A stretch of DNA of 64,000 bases from Chitinophagales bacterium (GTDB lineage Bacteria > Bacteroidota > Bacteroidia > Chitinophagales > UBA10324). The translations under genes and the position numbers were made by a program. Position 1 is the first letter of the stretch, and the number at the start of each line of letters is the position of its first letter. This document shows positions 61,414-64,000 of this stretch, in pieces. The DNA is taken from assembly GCA_025057275.1 (NCBI GenBank), contig JANWXQ010000065.1:20511-84510 (forward strand). Direction: 5' to 3'. Below the pieces are notes generated by a model. That model ran no database searches. It saw nothing but the letters and a program-made list of their open reading frames with translations, and was not told the origin of the DNA.

Positions 61414-62601
61414 ATGTTGCAGAAACTTCCCGGAACCAACGGGCAGGAACAAGCCGTACTGGTAGGCGTTGTTCTGCCTCATCAACGCGAAGAAGAGATA
61501 GCCGAGAACCTCAGTGAATTGCAATTTCTTGCGGAAACAGCCGGAGCCATTACATTAAAAAAATTTATACAGCGTTTACCGGCTCCTGATCCCCGCACTT
61601 TTATTGGTTCCGGCAAGGTTCAGGAACTTCGCGAATACATTCAGCGCAAGAAGGCCGATCTTGTCGTTTTTGATGATGACCTCAGCGGCACGCAATTGCA
61701 TGGTCTGGAGCGCGATCTGAAGGTGAAAATTTTGGATCGCAGCACCTTGATACTGGACATTTTTGCCCGGCGCGCCCGAACCGCTCAGGCCAAAGCGCAG
61801 GTGGAACTGGCTCAACTGCAGTATCTGCTGCCACGGCTCAAGGGCCTGTGGACGCACCTGGAACGGCAACGCGGTGGCATAGGCATGCGCGGACCCGGGG
61901 AAAAAGAAATAGAAACCGACCGCCGTCAGGTAAAACATCAGATTTCGTTGCTCAAAAAGCAATTGGAACGCATAGACCGCCAGAGCCGCACGCAGCGCCA
62001 GGCCCGCGGTGAACTGATCCGCGTCGCATTGGTGGGTTATACCAACGTGGGCAAGTCCACACTGATGAATGCCCTGAGTAAGGCCGGCGTATTTGCCGAA
62101 AACAAACTGTTTGCCACTCTGGATACGACCACACGCAAAGTGGTCATAGGCCGTATGCCCTTCCTGCTCAGCGACACGGTAGGCTTCATTCGTAAGCTGC
62201 CTCATCATTTGATCGAAAGTTTTAAATCCACTCTGGATGAGGTACGCGAGGCCGATCTGCTGCTGCACGTCGTGGACCTGCCCCACCCCAACTTTGAAGA
62301 ACAAATCAAAACCGTGAACCAAACCCTGTTGGAGTTGGGTGCGGAGCAGAAAAAAAACCTGATGGTCTTTAATAAATTGGATGTTTACGAGCAGCAGTTG
62401 AAGGATCCGCTGGTGCCTGCCGATGTGCATCAGGAGTTACTGGAACACCTCAAGGTCAGTTGGATGCGGCGCTTCAACGGCCGCGCAGTCTTTGTTTCCG
62501 CTGCTACCGGCAAGGGACTGGATGATTTGCGGCAAAAGCTGTTTGACGAAGTCAAATCCCTCTACCTGGCCCGTTATCCCTACAAGGCCGAGTTGTTCTG
62601 A
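61414..62601 (+). CDS. hflX: Ribosome-splitting GTPase HflX
   Basis: GPGEKEIETDRR, GYTNVGKST, LFATLD, DTVGFI; -7 element TAATTTTG at 61392-61399. Confidence 0.97.
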   Translation: MLQKLPGTNGQEQAVLVGVVLPHQREEEIAENLSELQFLAETAGAITLKKFIQRLPAPDPRTFIGSGKVQELREYIQRKKADLVVFDDDLSGTQLHGLERDLKVKILDRSTLILDIFARRARTAQAKAQVELAQLQYLLPRLKGLWTHLERQRGGIGMRGPGEKEIETDRRQVKHQISLLKKQLERIDRQSRTQRQARGELIRVALVGYTNVGKSTLMNALSKAGVFAENKLFATLDTTTRKVVIGRMPFLLSDTVGFIRKLPHHLIESFKSTLDEVREADLLLHVVDLPHPNFEEQIKTVNQTLLELGAEQKKNLMVFNKLDVYEQQLKDPLVPADVHQELLEHLKVSWMRRFNGRAVFVSAATGKGLDDLRQKLFDEVKSLYLARYPYKAELF

Positions 62602-62684
62602 CGTGGTAACATGGGCCTGCAGCCTGCCTGTTGCCGTCAGCATCAACGGTAAGCTACGGCCGGCATAGCGCTATCTTCGCCAGC

Positions 62685-63302
62685 ATGCGCCTAAGGATGA
62701 AAATTTCCGGAAGCCTGCACTACCTGACAGCCCTTGCCTCTCTGGCGGTCGTCTGTGCTGTTGCCACATCGGTACAGGCTGCAACCCATGTAATCATAGT
62801 AAAAAACTTTGAATTCGTTCAGAACTTTGATACCGTTCAGGTGGGCGATACCATTCAATGGGTGTGGACAGAAGGCGAACACACGACTACATCCAACGGC
62901 ATTCCGGCCGGTGCTCAGCCCTGGAATGTGGTGTTGTCCAAGCTGGTTCCCTTGTTCAGCTATCGGGTTTCTGTTGCCGGCCGCTACGACTACATCAGTA
63001 TTCCGCATGCCCCGCTGATGGGTCGCTCTTTTTACGCTGTAGGCAATACTTCCTCCATGGGGCAACCGGTTATGGATTGTTCCTTGTTCTGCACCGGAAC
63101 GGAACTGCTGGTTTGCTGTACCTTAACAGACATCGCCAACATCAGCATCTATAATTTAACCGGCCAACGCATCGCCGCTACGCAAGTGTTTACCAGCGGC
63201 CCCTGCATACGGCTTTCGTTACCGGCCGGATTTCTTTCGACCTGGATCGTTGACATACACCTTTCTTCAGGGCGAATGGTCCGAAAAGTGGTTTGCCGTT
63301 AA
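62685..63302 (+). CDS. Secreted cupredoxin/plastocyanin-like protein with T9SS-like CTD (alternative start 62697)
   Basis: Signal VQA-A, VGDTIQWVW, HTTTS, GRYDYISIPHAPLM, IYNLTGQ...RKVVCR. Confidence 0.75.
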   Translation: MRLRMKISGSLHYLTALASLAVVCAVATSVQAATHVIIVKNFEFVQNFDTVQVGDTIQWVWTEGEHTTTSNGIPAGAQPWNVVLSKLVPLFSYRVSVAGRYDYISIPHAPLMGRSFYAVGNTSSMGQPVMDCSLFCTGTELLVCCTLTDIANISIYNLTGQRIAATQVFTSGPCIRLSLPAGFLSTWIVDIHLSSGRMVRKVVCR

Positions 63303-64000
63303 GGTGTTGTCGTCTGGGGGTTTAGCCAGGCAGCCAGCAGGCGAAGTGCAGCCTGGTTACGCGGGTGGTAGGCAGCGGCCAGGACGCTGCTTTTTTCCCA
63401 TGCCGTTAAATGGAGACTCACGGTAGCCATGCGGTCCTGACGAAGCGGAACATACTCCAGGTTCACCACATGCAGGCGTGTGCCCAACCAGTCTTCGGCG
63501 GTGCCAATCAGGGCATCGCTATGGAAATCCTGCAGATCACTCCAATTGGCATACAAGCTCCGGATAGGCCCGGCCAACCGTTCCAACAATGCCGGCCGGC
63601 GATCAGCGACCGGCTCGTATTTCTTTTCAAAATCACCGCGAACCTGTATGAGCACTACCCGCGAGCAATTGGTGGCAATCCAATGACGAAAAGTATGCAG
63701 AAAGCGAATGGCTGTTTCCGTACCATAGTTATCGCGCATTCCGGCATCCAGCACCTGCACGCGAGGCATGGTAGGCAGGGTTACGGCCGGCAGGATGTAG
63801 GGAAAGCTGGCATTCATGCGTAAGGCAGTGGTAAACCAAAGGCTATCGCCTCCCTGCTCGCGAAAAAACACCTTGGCATCTATGCCATCCACTTCCAACG
63901 GTTTGTCATCGGCGGAATGGGGTGGTCGTGCCAGATAAGAAACCGGCATTGGCGAAAGCAACAGGCGGCGGCCATCGTTCATCACCACAGAGCTTAGCAG
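63299..64000 (-). CDS. Patatin-like phospholipase, C-terminal part (5' end beyond the window)
   Basis: Frame is open to the window edge; NDGRRL, LRMNASFPYILP, LDAGMRDNYG. Confidence 0.75.
   Translation of the reverse strand: MLSSVVMNDGRRLLLSPMPVSYLARPPHSADDKPLEVDGIDAKVFFREQGGDSLWFTTALRMNASFPYILPAVTLPTMPRVQVLDAGMRDNYGTETAIRFLHTFRHWIATNCSRVVLIQVRGDFEKKYEPVADRRPALLERLAGPIRSLYANWSDLQDFHSDALIGTAEDWLGTRLHVVNLEYVPLRQDRMATVSLHLTAWEKSSVLAAAYHPRNQAALRLLAAWLNPQTTTP

Noticed and set aside
1-64000. CRISPR arrays, IS elements, prophage, defence islands, tRNA/rRNA
   Set aside because: No repeat-spacer arrays, transposase, integrase or phage genes, or RNA gene signatures were seen; the window is almost fully covered by identifiable CDSs

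Overview
A gene-dense, mostly housekeeping 64 kb segment of a Bacteroidota chromosome. The assignment rests on gldH, six T9SS-type C-terminal-domain proteins, TAnnTTTG -7 promoters and A-rich starts without Shine-Dalgarno; a Chitinophagales-like lineage is an inference. Core genes: maeB (partial), holB-ricT-gldH, icmF, rimP-nusA-infB, serS, mce, iscS-iscU-iscA, glmM, eukaryote-type citrate synthase, mnmE, the dut/nucleotidyltransferase/TPR/DUF4292/EnvC operon, split transketolase, tatA, mltD and hflX. I saw no tRNA, rRNA, CRISPR array, transposase or prophage. Best candidates for undescribed biology: (1) a chromate-transporter (CHR) + sulfotransferase two-gene unit with an upstream palindrome; (2) two paralogous exported VWA genes translationally coupled between the two transketolase half-genes; (3) a stand-alone 46-aa His-tailed membrane microprotein with its own promoter and terminator, next to a double-AAA CbbX/SpoVK-like ATPase with a duplicated N-domain and an IGF tail; (4) a secreted cupredoxin whose type-1 copper Cys is Ser; (5) a PHP-hydrolase + ArnT-like pair. 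All calls come from reading motifs by eye; no database searches were run.
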